Shown here one piece after another: positions 1 through 20,817 of a DNA stretch of 64,000 bases. Within the stretch, counting starts at the first letter, position 1. Every line of letters begins with the position of its first letter. The stretch lies in the NCBI GenBank assembly GCA_038087875.1, contig CM075979.1, positions 21,762,001 through 21,826,000 of the forward strand. Reading direction: 5' to 3'. The position numbers were made by a program, and so were the translations under genes. Under the pieces are notes generated by a model. That model saw only the letters and a list, made by a program, of their open reading frames with translations, had not been told where the DNA came from and searched no databases. Source of the DNA: Malacoraja senta (Eukaryota).

Positions 1-481
1 CTGGCAATATCATTTGGATGCAAGCTGTCAAACGCCTTAGACTTAGACTTAGATTCCTTTATTGTCATTCAGACCTTTCGGTCTGAACGAAATTTCGTTG
101 CCTGCAGTCATACATATAATAAATAACAAAACACACAATAAACACAAATTAACATCCACCACAGTGAGTTCACCAGGCACCTCCTCACTGTGATGGAGGC
201 AAAAGTCTTAAAGTCTCTGTCTTACCCTAGGATGCAGCTCCTCGACCATAATATGGACTCTCTTCAAGACATCTTCATCGACTATCCCCACACGCTTTCT
301 TCACAGTAAACACAAAGGAGAAATACTCATCTCGTGTAGTACCTTATATAGATGACTGCATTAGTGTCTGAGGGGCTTTATTCTCTCTGTAAATACTCTT
401 TTTCCCATAATGTACTTGTGAAATACAGAGTCATAGAGTCGTACAGCATGGAAACAGTTCAGTTTTAGTTCAGAGCTTAGA

Positions 482-752
482 GATACAGCATGGAGTCCAC
501 GCTAACCATCGCACACCCGTTCACATTAGTTATATGTTTCTCCCTGTTCACAGCCACTCCTTATTTATTAGGAGCAATTTTACAGAGACCAAATAACATA
601 CAAATCTACACGTATTTGGAATGTGGGAGGAAACCCACACGATCACAAGGAGAAAGTGCAAACTCCACACAGACAGCATTCAAGATCAGAATCGGACCCG
701 GGTCTCTGGCACTGTGAGGCAGCAGCTCTACCAGCTGTGTCACTGTGACCAT
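482..752 (-). mobile_element. HE1-like tRNA-derived SINE (representative of >=9 copies; others near 14462-14655, 15482-15780, 29515-29770, 31645-31940, 40148-40460, 44190-44465, 44905-45080, 50780-51045)
   Basis: The motif set 'gtggcgcag..ggtagagttgctgcc(t/c)cacagcgccagagacccgggttcgatcctga...ggtttcctcccaca' recurs many times in both orientations. Boundaries are approximate and the family name is from recall. Confidence 0.75.
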
Positions 753-2718
753 TTTAGTTCGCAGTTACCCCACTGAACCTCTTCCTGCTAGTCATTTCCT
801 AGCTCAATACCTCCCAATGTATGCAAGGCTATGAAATACTATCCACTAAACCCATGAAGCAAACTTCATCTACAAGAGATCTGACACCTTGCAGGTTAAA
901 GAAACTCATTGGATTGGCACCGTGATAAATACTCACTTCTCCCCATCATTGGCTCATTATGTGTGCCATAGGTACCATCTACAAAATAGTCAGTCATACA
1001 GCATGGAAACAGGCCTTTTGGCCCAATTTGCCCATACCGATCAACGTCCCATCTACATTAGTCCCACCTGCCTGCGTTTGGCCAATATCCTTCTAAACCC
1101 GTCCTATCTAATTGTTTCTTAAATGTTGCAACAGTCCCTGCCTCAACTACCACTTCTGGCAGTTTGTTCCATACTCCCACCACTCTTTGTGTGAAAAGGT
1201 TACGCCTCAGATTCGTATTGAAATCTTTCCCCCTTCACCTTAAACCTATGTCCTATGGTTGTCGATTCCCCTACTCTGGGCAAGTGACTCTACCCAATAT
1301 CCTCTCATGATTTTATACACCTCAATAAGATGCACTGCAGCGACTTCAATTCTTATCTCAAGCATGTAGGCACTACCATTTAGCAGGACAAAGGCAAAGA
1401 GTATAAGGGAACACCATCTCAACTTGCACACAATCCTGACTTGGAAATATTTCACAGTTCCTCAATTTCACTGGTTCTAAATTCTGGAACCCACTATCCC
1501 AATAACATTATGGAATTAACTTCACCACAACAGGCCTCAAAGATTCAGGAATGTAGCTCACCCAAAACTTATCAAAATAATTTAGGGATTGACATAAATG
1601 TTGGTCTGGCTAATGATGTCTACATCCAATAAAATAAATGTATTGATAGCTGGAGAAACTCAGTGGTCAGGCAGCATCTGTGATGGGAAATGGACTGACG
1701 ATGTTTTGGAGAAAGGGGTGGGGGGGCAAGGAAGAGCATGTTTATTGGAGAGATACAGGTGAGGAGGGGTTGATTGGTAGATGTCAGGTAGGGGAGAGAA
1801 TTAAAGCCAAGATTGGAGATGATAAATGGAGACGACAAAATGGCAGAATGTGAGGAAAGAATGTGGAGAATTAACTATAGAACCAGATGAAGGGATAATG
1901 GGTTGAAAGGAATGATGAGGGTTAAGTAAAATGGGAGATTCGCAGTAGAGTGGAGTGAGAGATGAGTGGTGGAGGAGGGGCAGGTAACTGGTTAACAGGG
2001 GCAGGGAGCGTGGAAGGAAAGTGGGTGTTGGGACTGGATAGATGAGAAGGGGGTGGGCTATGTGAAATTGGAGAATTCAATGTTCAGCCCCACTGGGTTA
2101 TAGCTTACCCAAGCAGAATATGAGGTGCTGTTCCAGTTTGTGTATCCTATCTCTAACATTTATTACGAAAGATGCCAGTATGTGCACTCTCTTGTGAGCC
2201 CAATGTATTGATAGCTCTACAACTTCAGTCAGAATGTTGTAGGTTGTATTCCCACTCGAGAAACTGAAGCAGAAAAATCTAAGCCCTTGTTTAATGCACT
2301 ATTGAGTCTCTTTGAGATGACACAATAAACTTAGGCCTTTATTTGCTCTCTAAGGAAGAACCACAGGTTCCCATAATACTATCTGCACGAGGAGGGACAT
2401 TAGCTCCAATGTTCTGACAAATACTCATTCCAACCAACAATTTAGGATACAAGGTCATGCCACATTGCCAGGAAAACATCATCTGCCAGCCTACAATAAT
2501 GATTGCACTTCAGAAGTACTTTATTAGTTGAAATGAACTAACCAAGTCTGTAAAGGTCATATATAAAATGTAAGTGCTTCCTTTATAAACTTTTATACAA
2601 TTTTCTCTTCCTTGTTTCATTTTAGTTTCTGTGTTTTCTATTAAATAGATGTTTGTTCAAAACAGGAGAAAGGCAGAAGTCAGGGAACTTCACAGGTCAA
2701 ATAACTTAGCAGTTATTG

Positions 2719-3081
2719 CAGGTCCACCATCAATATTCCGGCACACTTGGTTCCAGAGCCTTGCTGGATTATCCACTTTGCCAGACCAACAGAGGTCACA
2801 GCCTCGGGGGCCCGAAATACAAATTCAGTCATTGGTCGGAAATGGGAACAGATCTGCCAACTCTGGCTGGTCTGGAGTTCCAGAGCACCAGTCACAGGGG
2901 GTAAATTCGACCCGCCGATCTCCGCGGAAGTCCCGATGAGGTCAAGACCGGCAGCATCACCTGGCCTAGGCGCCATATTTTGGGGGGGACTTCAGGAGGG
3001 AGATTTCAAGCGTACTCTTGTCATTTTGTTCCTTTGTAAAAGTGCCGGACCTCCAGTTGCTGCAATGCAGTGGTGGACCTG
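2719..3081. mobile_element. Non-autonomous Tc1/mariner (Tigger-like) MITE
   Basis: Terminal inverted repeats CAGGTCCACCA (2719) and TGGTGGACCTG (3071-3081). The right flank is TA and the left flank TG (probably a mutated TA). Confidence 0.6.
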
Positions 3082-4480
3082 TATTACTGAGATATAAAAG
3101 AGTCAGTAACCAAAGAGGAAATCGTTAATCATTTAGGAAAGCTAATCATAATTAGACGTAATTGACATTATTTTTTAAAAGGCAAATCATGTTTGATGAA
3201 TTTACTTCAATTTTTTGAAGATATAAATGTGAGAATTGATAAAGGAAGCAGAGATGTCATGCATTTATATTTCCAAAGGGCATGTGACATGGGTCTGAAA
3301 GGTAAATTAGAAGGCCATGGCATTGAAGGAGAGTATTGGACTGGATTGATACTGCCTGACTCATAGAAAACAGAGTTTGAATAAGTGGGTCATTTTCATA
3401 ATGGAAGGACTTAATTAGTGGAATACCACAGGAATAATTATTGGCCAAAGTAGTTCACTATTTAATGCCCTAGAGGAGGGAACACTAACGAAGGTTTCCA
3501 CATTTGCCAATGATGTGAAAATGGGTGGAAGGCCAACGTTGTGAAAAGTATCCTGTGATTCTGCAATAGGATATAGATTGAGTGAGTGTGAAAACACAGG
3601 CAAATGTCATATAATGTTGGGAAGTATTACATCATGCATGCCAGTAATCAAAGGTCGAATGGCATAATGAAGAGAGACTGGAAGTCATAGAGTATCACAG
3701 CATGGAACAGGCCCTTTAGATCAACTTGTCGACCAAGATGCCCCATCTAGGCTAGTTCCACCTGCTTGTGTTTGACCCATATCCCTCTAAACTTTTCACA
3801 TCCATGTACCTGTCCAAATGTATTTTAAATGTTGTTATTGTACCTGCCACAGTGACCTCCTCTAGCAGATTAGTTTAATTTGGCATCCGTATTTGGCATA
3901 GTCCTTCATGACCGAAATAGACCCTTTGCTCCAACTATCCTATCTACCTGTGACACCACTTTCAGGGAATCATGTACCTGCACTCTTAGATCCCTCTGCT
4001 CTACAACTCCCTTGGGCCATGACATTCACTGGGAAGGTCCTGCACTGGCTTGACATCCCAAAATGCAACATCTCGCACTTCTCTGCATTAAACTTCATTA
4101 ACCATTCTCACCCCACTTGCCCAACTGACAGAATTTTTGATAACCATCTTCACTATCTACAATACCACCAACTTTAGTGCCATCTGCAAGTATACTAATC
4201 ATGCTTTGTACATTCTCATCCAGATCGTTAATCTAAACCACAAACAGCAGGGTCCAGTACCAATCCGCAAGGCTCTAGCTTCCCATTAATCTTTGCAGTA
4301 TTATATCCCTTCCCTTTTAGTTTTATGCTGTCTTTGACTTTCCTTGTCAGCCATTGCTGCTCCACCATCATTCATGCTTGGGACCCTTTCCAATCAACTT
4401 TAGCCAACTCCTCCCTCATGCCTCTGTAGTCACCTTTACTCAACAGTAATACCAACACATCTGATTTCATCTTCTTCACT

Positions 4481-6201
4481 AAGGAAGACATAAATAATCT
4501 GCCGGAAATAGCACGGGACCGCGGGTCAAAGGAGTTGGAGGAATTGGGTGAAATCCAGGTTAGTCGGGAAGTGGTGTTGGGTAAATTGAATGGATTAAAG
4601 GCCGATAAATCCCCAGGGCCAGATAGGCTGCATCCCAGAGTACTTAAGGAAGTAGCTCCAGAAATAGTGGATGCATTAGTAATAATCTTTCAAAACTCTT
4701 TAGATTCTGGAGTAGTTCCTGAGGATTGGCGGGTAGCAAACGTAACCCCACTTTTTAAGAATGGAGGGAGAGAGAAAACGGGGAATTACAGACCAGTTAG
4801 TCTAATGTCGGTAGTGGGGAAACTGCTAGAGTCAGTTATTAAAGATGAGATAGCAGCACATTTGGAAAGTGGTGAAATCATTGGACAAAGTCAGCATGGA
4901 TTTACGAAAGGTAAATCATGTCTGACGAATCTTATAGAATTTTTCGAGGATGTAACTAGTAGCACGGATAGGGGAGAACCAGTGGATGTGGTGTATCTGG
5001 ACTTCCAGAAGGCTTTCGACAAGGTCCCACATAAGAGATTAGTATACAAACTTAAAGCACATGGCATTGGGGGTTCAGTATTGATGTGGATAGAGAACTG
5101 GCTGGCAAACAGGAAGCAAAGAGTAGGAGTAAACGGGTCCTTTTCACAATGGCAGGCAGTGACTAGTGGGGTACCGCAAGGCTCAGTGCTGGGACCCCAG
5201 CTATTTACAATATATATTAATGAACTGGATGAGGGAATTGAAGGCAACATCTCCAAGTTTGCGGATGACACTAAGCTGGGGGGCAGTGTTAGCTGTGAGG
5301 AGGATGCTAGGAGACTGCAAGGTGACTTGGATAGGCTGGGTGAGTGGGCAAATGTTTGGCAGATGCAGTATAATGTGGATAAATGTGAGGTTATCCATTT
5401 TGGTGGCAAAAACAGGAAAGCAGACTATTATCTAAATGGTGGCCGACTAGGAAAAGGGGAGATGCAGCGAGACCTGGGTGTCATGGTACACCAGTCATTG
5501 AAAGTAGGCATGCAGATGCAGCAGGCAGTGAAGAAAGCGGATGGTATGTTAGCTTTCATAGCAAAAGGATTTGAGTATAGGAGCAGGGAGGTTCTACTGC
5601 AGTTGTACAGGGTCTTGGTGAGACCACACCTGGAGTATTGCGTACAGTTTTGGTCTCCAAATCTGAGGAAGGACATTATTGCCATAGAGGGAGTGCAGAG
5701 AAGGTTCACGAGACTGATTCCTGGGATGTCAGGACTGTCTTATGAAGAAAGACTGGATAGACTTGGTTTATACTCTCTAGAATTTAGGAGATTGAGAGGG
5801 GATCTTATAGAAACTTACAAAATTCTTAAGGGGTTGGACAGGCTAGATGCAGGAAGATTGCTCCCGATATTGGAGAAGTCCAGGACAAGGGGTCACAGCT
5901 TAAGGATAAGGGGGAAATCCTTTAAAACCGAGATGAGAAGAACTTTTTTCACACAGAGAGTGGTGAATCTCTGGAACTCTCTGCCACAGAGGGTAGTTGA
6001 GGCCAGTTCATTGGCTATATTTAAGAGGGAGTTAGATGTGGCCCTTGTGGCTAAAGGGATCAGAGGGTATGGAGAGAAGGCAGGTACGGGATACTGAGTT
6101 GGATGATCAGCCATGATCATATTGAATGGCGGTGCAGTCTCGAAGGGCCGAATGGCCTCCTCCTGCACCTAATTTCTATGTTTCTATGTTTCTATGTTTC
6201 T
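4481..6201 (+). mobile_element. 5'-truncated young CR1-clade LINE with an uninterrupted 520-aa ORF2 fragment (RT domain)
   Basis: ORF 4535-6097 has RT motifs (YRPVSL, SQHGF, DFQKAFD, GVPQGSVLGP, KFADD) and the CR1 C-terminus (FFTQRVVNLWNSLP). It ends in a (TTCTATGT)n microsatellite tail at 6175-6201. Confidence 0.95.
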
Positions 6202-6829
6202 CCGTTATGTTATACATTATGGTCACTACCTCCTAAGGGTTCCTTTGCCTTAAACTCCCATGTATTGATGTATAGTCTTTTCTTTGACTGGATAGCACAC
6301 AAACGACAGCTTTTCACTGTACCTCAGTACATGTGACAATAAACTAAACTCTTCAAACCACTGTACTCCTCCAAGGATAATTTTGATCCCATCTTATACC
6401 TGACCCATACCTCCTTCTTCCCAAGAGCCTCGGTTTCTCCTGTTGTCCAGTGTTCCTTACTCCTACCTGCCTTGCCATTCACTCTACCCATGCATCCTTT
6501 TCTAAATGTCCCTTTGCCCACAACCTACTCTAATAAACTTTTGCAAGTTCCTGTCCAATACCATCAAAGTTGGCCTTGCCCCAATTTAGAACTTAGATCA
6601 GCCCTGTCCTGATCCATAATTATCTTAAAGCTAATAAAACTGTCGTCGCTGGTCCCAAAGTGCTTTCACATTGACACTTAAGTCACTTGCCCTGTCCAAT
6701 ACCGTAAGAGTAGGTCAAGCTTTGCCCTCTCCCTTGTAGAATCCTCTGGATATTACCCAAAATAACTTTTCTGAACCTACTTGCAAAATTCCACCCCATC
6801 TAAGGCCTTGGCATTATAGTTGTTTTCTA

Positions 6830-7530
6830 GGGCATGTAAATATTATGGAGGGTTGGGTCTCCTGTAAAAAATTAAGTAGGATTAAGTCCCCAGGCCTAAT
6901 GGAATCTATCCTGGAATATTGTGGGAGGCAATGGAGGAGATTGTGAGGGCCTCAACAGAGATCTTTGTATTCTATTTATCAAAAAGTTAGGTCCAAGAAG
7001 ACTACAGAATAGCCAGTGTTGTTCTTTTGTTTAAAAAGGGCAACAGGGATAATCCAGTAAATTATAGGGCAGTAAGCCTCATTTGAGTGATAGGGGAATT
7101 ATTCGAGAAAATTCTTGGGATATTAGATAGTAAGCACAGCTGTGTGCTGTGGATGTCCTGTCTCACACATTTGATTTTTTTTTTAGATGATTAAGATGAT
7201 TGGTGAGGGTTGGGCTGTGAATGTTATCTACATGAACTTTAGTAAGGAATTCGAGAAAGCCCCTCCTTTGGTAGACTGGTCAAGAAGATTAAGTCACACA
7301 GGATCCACAGTTAAGTTGAATTCAAAAGTCATAGAAGATGGAAGGTAGTGATTCTGTGACTCAAGGTTTGTGATAAGTGGTGTTCTGCCAATGAATATTG
7401 CTGGGAGACCTGTTCTTTGTAATCTATGTTAGCAACTGACAAAATGAGCAAGGTTGTCCAATGATACACCAGGATATAGATCACCAATTGAAGGACGTGG
7501 AGAGTTCCAGAGGACATCAGGATATTGCTT
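6830..7530 (+). mobile_element. Degraded CR1 ORF2 fragment
   Basis: Recognisable but mutated equivalents of the CR1 RT region seen at 4535-6097 (taagtccccaggcctaatgg, gttcttttgtttaaaaaggg). No intact ORF. Confidence 0.7.
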
Positions 7531-7570
7531 GAATTGGAATGTGAAAAAGTTGCCTTTCAGATTCCTAACA

Positions 7571-9604
7571 CAGTGCCCTCCATAATTTATTTATTTGTCT
7601 CTGCACTCCACAATTTGAGATTTGTAATAGAAAAAAATCACATGTGGTTAAAGTGCACATTATCAGATTTATTAAAGGCCATTGTTATACATTTTGGTTT
7701 CACCATGTAGAAATTACAGCTGTGTTTATACACAGTCCCCCTCCCCCCCAAAAGTACTTTTAAGTTGCTCTTTTAAGTACTTTGCCAAGTACTTAAAAGA
7801 GCAACCACAGTCCTGGAAAAAGGTCTTGTGGACAGATAAGATGAAGATTAACATATCAGAGTGATGGCAAGAGCAAAGTATGGAGGAGAGAAGGAACTGC
7901 CCAAGATCCAAAGCATACCACAACATCTGTGAAATGGCCTGGGCATGTATGGCTACTGAAGGTACTGGATCACTGATCTTCATTGATGATACAACTGCTG
8001 ATGGTAGTAGCATAATGAATTCTGAAGTGTATAGACACATCCTATCTTCTCAAGTTCAAACAAATGCCTCAAAACTCATTGGCCGGCGGTTCATTCTACA
8101 GCAAGTAGGAGAACACAGCAAGTAGGAGAACACAGAGGAGGAGCCATGTTGGGGAACGGCTGCTAACTAGCAGCCGTCCATTTAAATCACCTTTTTAAAA
8201 TAGTTTGTCTATCTATTGTCCAGTGTGCTGGAGAAATCTACTTCTAAGTGTAGGGTGAGTGGGGATAACTTTATTCTAGGTCCCTACCTGGTCGGTGAGG
8301 CAGCTTTTTCTCTGGGCTGCTTCGTCGACCCGTCCTCGTGGCCTACCAACGGGCAAGGAGCGCCGTTTCCTGGCGGGGACCGCCCAGCACCTTCAGCTTC
8401 GGTCGGCGGCACAGCGCTGGAGCGCTATCGGGGAGCGTAGCGGGCGATGCCTTGCCTGGGTCGACGCGGTGGAGCTCCGGTGTGCGGTGACCGCTGAGAT
8501 CAACACCTCCGGGTTGCGGGGCTGCGGAGCGACCAGCTGCGGGCGGCGGCGCCGACTTTAACATCGGGAGCCTCGTGGCTCCAACTCGGCTTCAGGTGCC
8601 ATGGACTCCGCTGGGAAACCGGCCGTTCCAGCCACTGCGAGGACTCTCCCGACGGCCAGGAACATCGGGCCTCTGTAGAGGCAACTGTGGCGGCCTCGAT
8701 GGGCCTGACTCTGGGGAGAACTGGGTTGGGGACTGGACATTGTGCCTTCCCCCACAGTGGTAACCATTGTGGGGGGATGATTTTGTGTGTAGTGTTAAGT
8801 GTCTGTGTTAGTCTGTGTTAGTCTATGTCCAACATGGCGGGCGGAAGGGAGTGTACGCTGGCGCGGTTTGGCTGCCGCTGCTCTCCCTTCATGTTGTGTT
8901 TTCTGAATTTTGTTGTTGTCTTTTTTTTTTTGGATCGAATTTCTGTTTTTTAATTTGTGTATTTGTGATGTCTTTATAACTTGTTTTACTGATTATATGT
9001 TTATATGTTTCTTAAATTGTAAGGTGTCCTAGAGACCTCGGTATTAGGCGCCCTTAAAATAAAATCTATTATTATTATTATTAAGTGAATGATCCCAAAC
9101 ATACTGCAAAAGCAACAAAGGAGTTTTTCAAAGCTTAAAAAATGGTCAATCCTTGAGTGGCCAACTCAATCACCTGAGCTGAACCCAATTATCATGCATT
9201 TTATATGCTGAAAAGAAAACTGAAGAGGACTTCTAGCCCCCAAAACAAGTATAAGCTAAAGATGGCTGCAATACAGGCCTGGCAGAGCATCACTAGAGAA
9301 GACACCCAGCATCTGGTGATGTCCATGAATCGCAGACTTCAGTCATTGCATGCAAAGGATATGCAACAAAATACTAAACACGACTACTTTCATTTACATG
9401 AAATTGCTGTGTCCCAAACATTATGGTGCCCTAAAATGGGGGGGACTATATATAAACACTGCTGTAATTTCTACATGGTGAAACCAAAATGTATAAAAAT
9501 GGCCATTATTAAAATCTGACGATGTGCACTTTAACCACGTGTAACTAGACAGAGGCAGATAAATACATGACGGGTCTTTGTCCCAAACATTATGGAGAGC
9601 ACTG
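7571..9604 (+). mobile_element. Internally deleted Tc1 transposon, interrupted by a retroelement
   Basis: TIRs CAGTGCCCTCCATAAT (7571) and ATTATGGAGAGCACTG (ending 9604). Transposase remnants read KKVLWTD, GTGSLIFID...GRRFILQQ | NDPKHTAK, WPTQSPELNPI, AWQSITREDTQHLVMSM. Confidence 0.9.
8105..9083 (+). mobile_element. GC-rich non-autonomous retroelement with L2-like 3' tail, inserted into the Tc1 QQDND motif
   Basis: It splits the transposase at CAGCAAG|...|AATGATCCCAAACAT and ends in aggcgcccttaaaataaaatct(att)n. There is a 17-bp tandem duplication (8101-8134) at the 5' junction. Confidence 0.65.
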
Positions 9605-12345
9605 CATATCTTTTCCATCTCCCCCTACAGTGAAATACATTTTGCATATATTACACATGCAGGCACTGCCATTATTCAAAGTCCAAAGTCTGGTCCACCC
9701 ACATGCTTAGAGTACTGCAGTTCACACCAACAGATGTCCCTCTCCCCTCCTGGCCATCGTTTTGTCCCGGGACACGTCTTGCAGCATACCTGAAGGTGCT
9801 GGAAGCATTACCCTGATTCTCAAATCCTTCTTTTCCAGCTCCCTCCCAGTTATGCTGTCTGCCAAGCCTTCAGGAAGCAGAGCTGCCAAGTAGTACGGAT
9901 TTCCATATTTTGTACAGAAATGAGATAAGAATACGGATTTGCTTTGTAAAATAGATTTTTTATTTAAATAATCGGCCCGACTTCCTGTTTCATCTTGCTG
10001 CTTAAAAAGCAAGGATTTAAAAAGTCATACTGTAATTCTAAAAATTATAGCAGATTAAACCTATTAGTATTTTAAATTTCAAGATCTGGATGATTATTTT
10101 TGTAAGTTTGATCTGCCTGTCCTGCTCCAGGTTTAAACCGCGCTGTCAGTTTAGCGCATGGGAATTTAAACGAACAGCGCTATGGGTTCTAATTATAGCG
10201 CTACCAGCTGGAGCGCTATTGCCTTTACACATAGCGCTATGGGCTTTACACATAGCACTATGGCCACAGAGCTATGGGCCACAGACTGTTTGGGGAGGGA
10301 GAAGGAAAGGGAGGGAGAAAAAAGGAAGGAGAGAGGGAGGGAAAGAGTACGGAAATGCTCTCAGAAAACTTGGCAGCTCTGAGAAAGGTTCCCAATGCTG
10401 CTGACCACAAGCCTTCAGACAAGGACCCGTCAACCGCAAGCCTTCGGGTAGGTTTCTGGCCCCGCTTAAGAGATCGTGGCAGGTGAGCCGGGCCTGGTTG
10501 CCAGGAGCACCCTGGCCCGCTGCTACCCTATATATACACACTTTTATAAGATCACCCACTGCTCATGCTACAAGGAATAAAGTCCTAGCCTGCTCTACCT
10601 CTCTACAATTCAGACCCTCAAGTTCTGGCAACGTGCTCCTAAATCTTCTCTGCACTCTTTCCAGCTTAACATCTTTCCTATAGCATGGTGACCGAACCTG
10701 AACAAAATACAGCCAATGCAGACCACACTAACATCTTGTACAACTGTAACATAACATACCAACTTCTACATTCAATACCCTGACTGATGAAGTCCAATGT
10801 ACCGAAAAACCATCTTGACCACCCTATCTACCTGCGATACCACTTTCAAGGAACTATGCGACCTGTACCACTCCTCAGAATCCTGCCATTCACTGCGAAG
10901 GTCATGCTCTGGTTTGACTTCCCCAGATGCAACACCTCACACTGACTTCCTCAGCCCACTTGATCAAGATCCTGCTATAATATGCCTAACCAAGTCTCTT
11001 GAATGCCATCATATCGCCCTCCACTACCACCCCAGCAGGGCAATCCAGGCACTCACCACTATGTAAAAAGCTTGCACTACATATCTTTGTACTTTGCCCC
11101 TCTCACCTTGAATCCTTTAGTATTTGATATTTCCATTCTGGGAAATGGTTCTGACAGTCCACCCTATCTATGCCTCTCAATTTAATATATTTCTATCAGG
11201 TCTCTTATGTAGCTTCTGGCATTCCAGAGAAAACAATGAAAGCCTGTCAAATTTCTCCATGTAACCAATACCCTCTAGCCAAAGCATCATTTTGGTATCT
11301 TCCTGGACGCATTTCCAAAGCCTCCACATCCTCTCTATATTGGGACAATCAGAACTGCACGCAGTGCTGCAAAAGTGGCCTGACCAAACTCTTGCGAGGC
11401 AGTATCATAACTTCCCGAAGGTTGACAAAAAATGCTGCAGTAACTTAGCGGGACAGCAACATCTCTGGAGAAGGAATGGGTGACATTTTGGGTCGAGACC
11501 CTTCTTCAGTAACTTCCCGACGTGTACTCAATGCCCTAGCCAATAAAGAGGCTAATTTACAATTATCTACTTGAGTTACTATTTTCAGGGAGTTATGGAC
11601 CCCAAGATCTCTCTTAATCCCAGAAATATAATTTGGGAGACGAGATGGTGTGGGTAGAATTATAAAATGCAATTTATGTAAATGAGCAGAAATGGGTGTT
11701 TGATGGTCAGCATGGCAGATGGAAGGGAAATTCTATTTTCTCTAGTCAAATAAAATACATTTTCACTTGGACAATATTGATCTCTGAATATTCAAATCAT
11801 TCCGATTTACAATCAAACCCGGAGGCAAGCCATACACCATCATCAATGTATTGGTCAGAATATAGTGCAGCACAGGAGCAGGCCCGTTGGCTCATGACAT
11901 CCGAGCCATGTCTCACTGTTTGTCCAATTAAAAAAAAAAACTGGCCAGCTACATAACTTTCCTTCCTGTTCTTGACAGATAATTTTCCTTAAGTATAATT
12001 GTCGTTCCTTTCTAAAATTAGTTTCACTTTGACCCATGTATTAAAATATATAGCAATGCACGAAAACAATAAAGTGAAGTCAGCCGAGATCAAGGGACCA
12101 AACAAATCGACTGCTAATCTCCATTTAAATCTGCAAATGTAATAATCTTCAACATCAGGTAAACTCTGTTCCACTTTAGTGATTTAATGTCTCTGGCCCA
12201 AAATATTTGATCAATACATTTTTTATAAAAAGTAAATTTTTTAGAAAAATAAATTTGGTGACTAAGGGAAGGAACAATTTCTTCCACCATCTATAACAAT
12301 TTAAAAAATGAAAACATTAGAGACCACATTTAAAAGCGAGTTTTT

Positions 12346-12351
12346 TTTAAT
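12346..12351 (-). terminator. Probable RPL27A polyadenylation signal (ATTAAA)
   Basis: ATTAAA on the minus strand about 20 nt after the stop codon, followed by U/GU-rich sequence. Confidence 0.55.
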
Positions 12352-12368
12352 TCTTACACAGTTAAATG

Positions 12369-20473
<8,105 letters not shown>

Positions 20474-20817
20474 CTTGGGCCGTGACGTAAGAGGAGCAAC
20501 GATCACGGCGCGCGCGCTTTTATTCCTCACCACCGCGCGTTACACAGCGCATGCGCCGTCACACATCTTCACTATTCAGTCTCCGGGGCGGAGCACCTTC
20601 AGCCTTTGTGGGTCAGGGGGTTGGAGCTTCACCTCAGGTCAAATAGATACAACATCCTGGAGTAACTCAGCAGGACATGCATCTTTCGAGCGAATGGATG
20701 GGTGAATATCAATGGACTTTTTTTAAAGCAGAGATAGATAGATTCTTGATTAGTACAGGTCTCAGGGGTTATGGGGAGAAGGCAGGAGAATGGGGTCAAG
20801 GGTCAAGAGTGTTTTTT

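Noticed and set aside
2649-3097. Cluster of overlapping 60-116-aa ORFs on both strands
   Set aside because: They lie in a TIR-bounded MITE (2719-3081); no recognisable protein or splice pattern.
4891-5709. Antisense and alternative-frame ORFs (172, 89, 65, 93 aa)
   Set aside because: Shadows of the CR1 reverse-transcriptase ORF.
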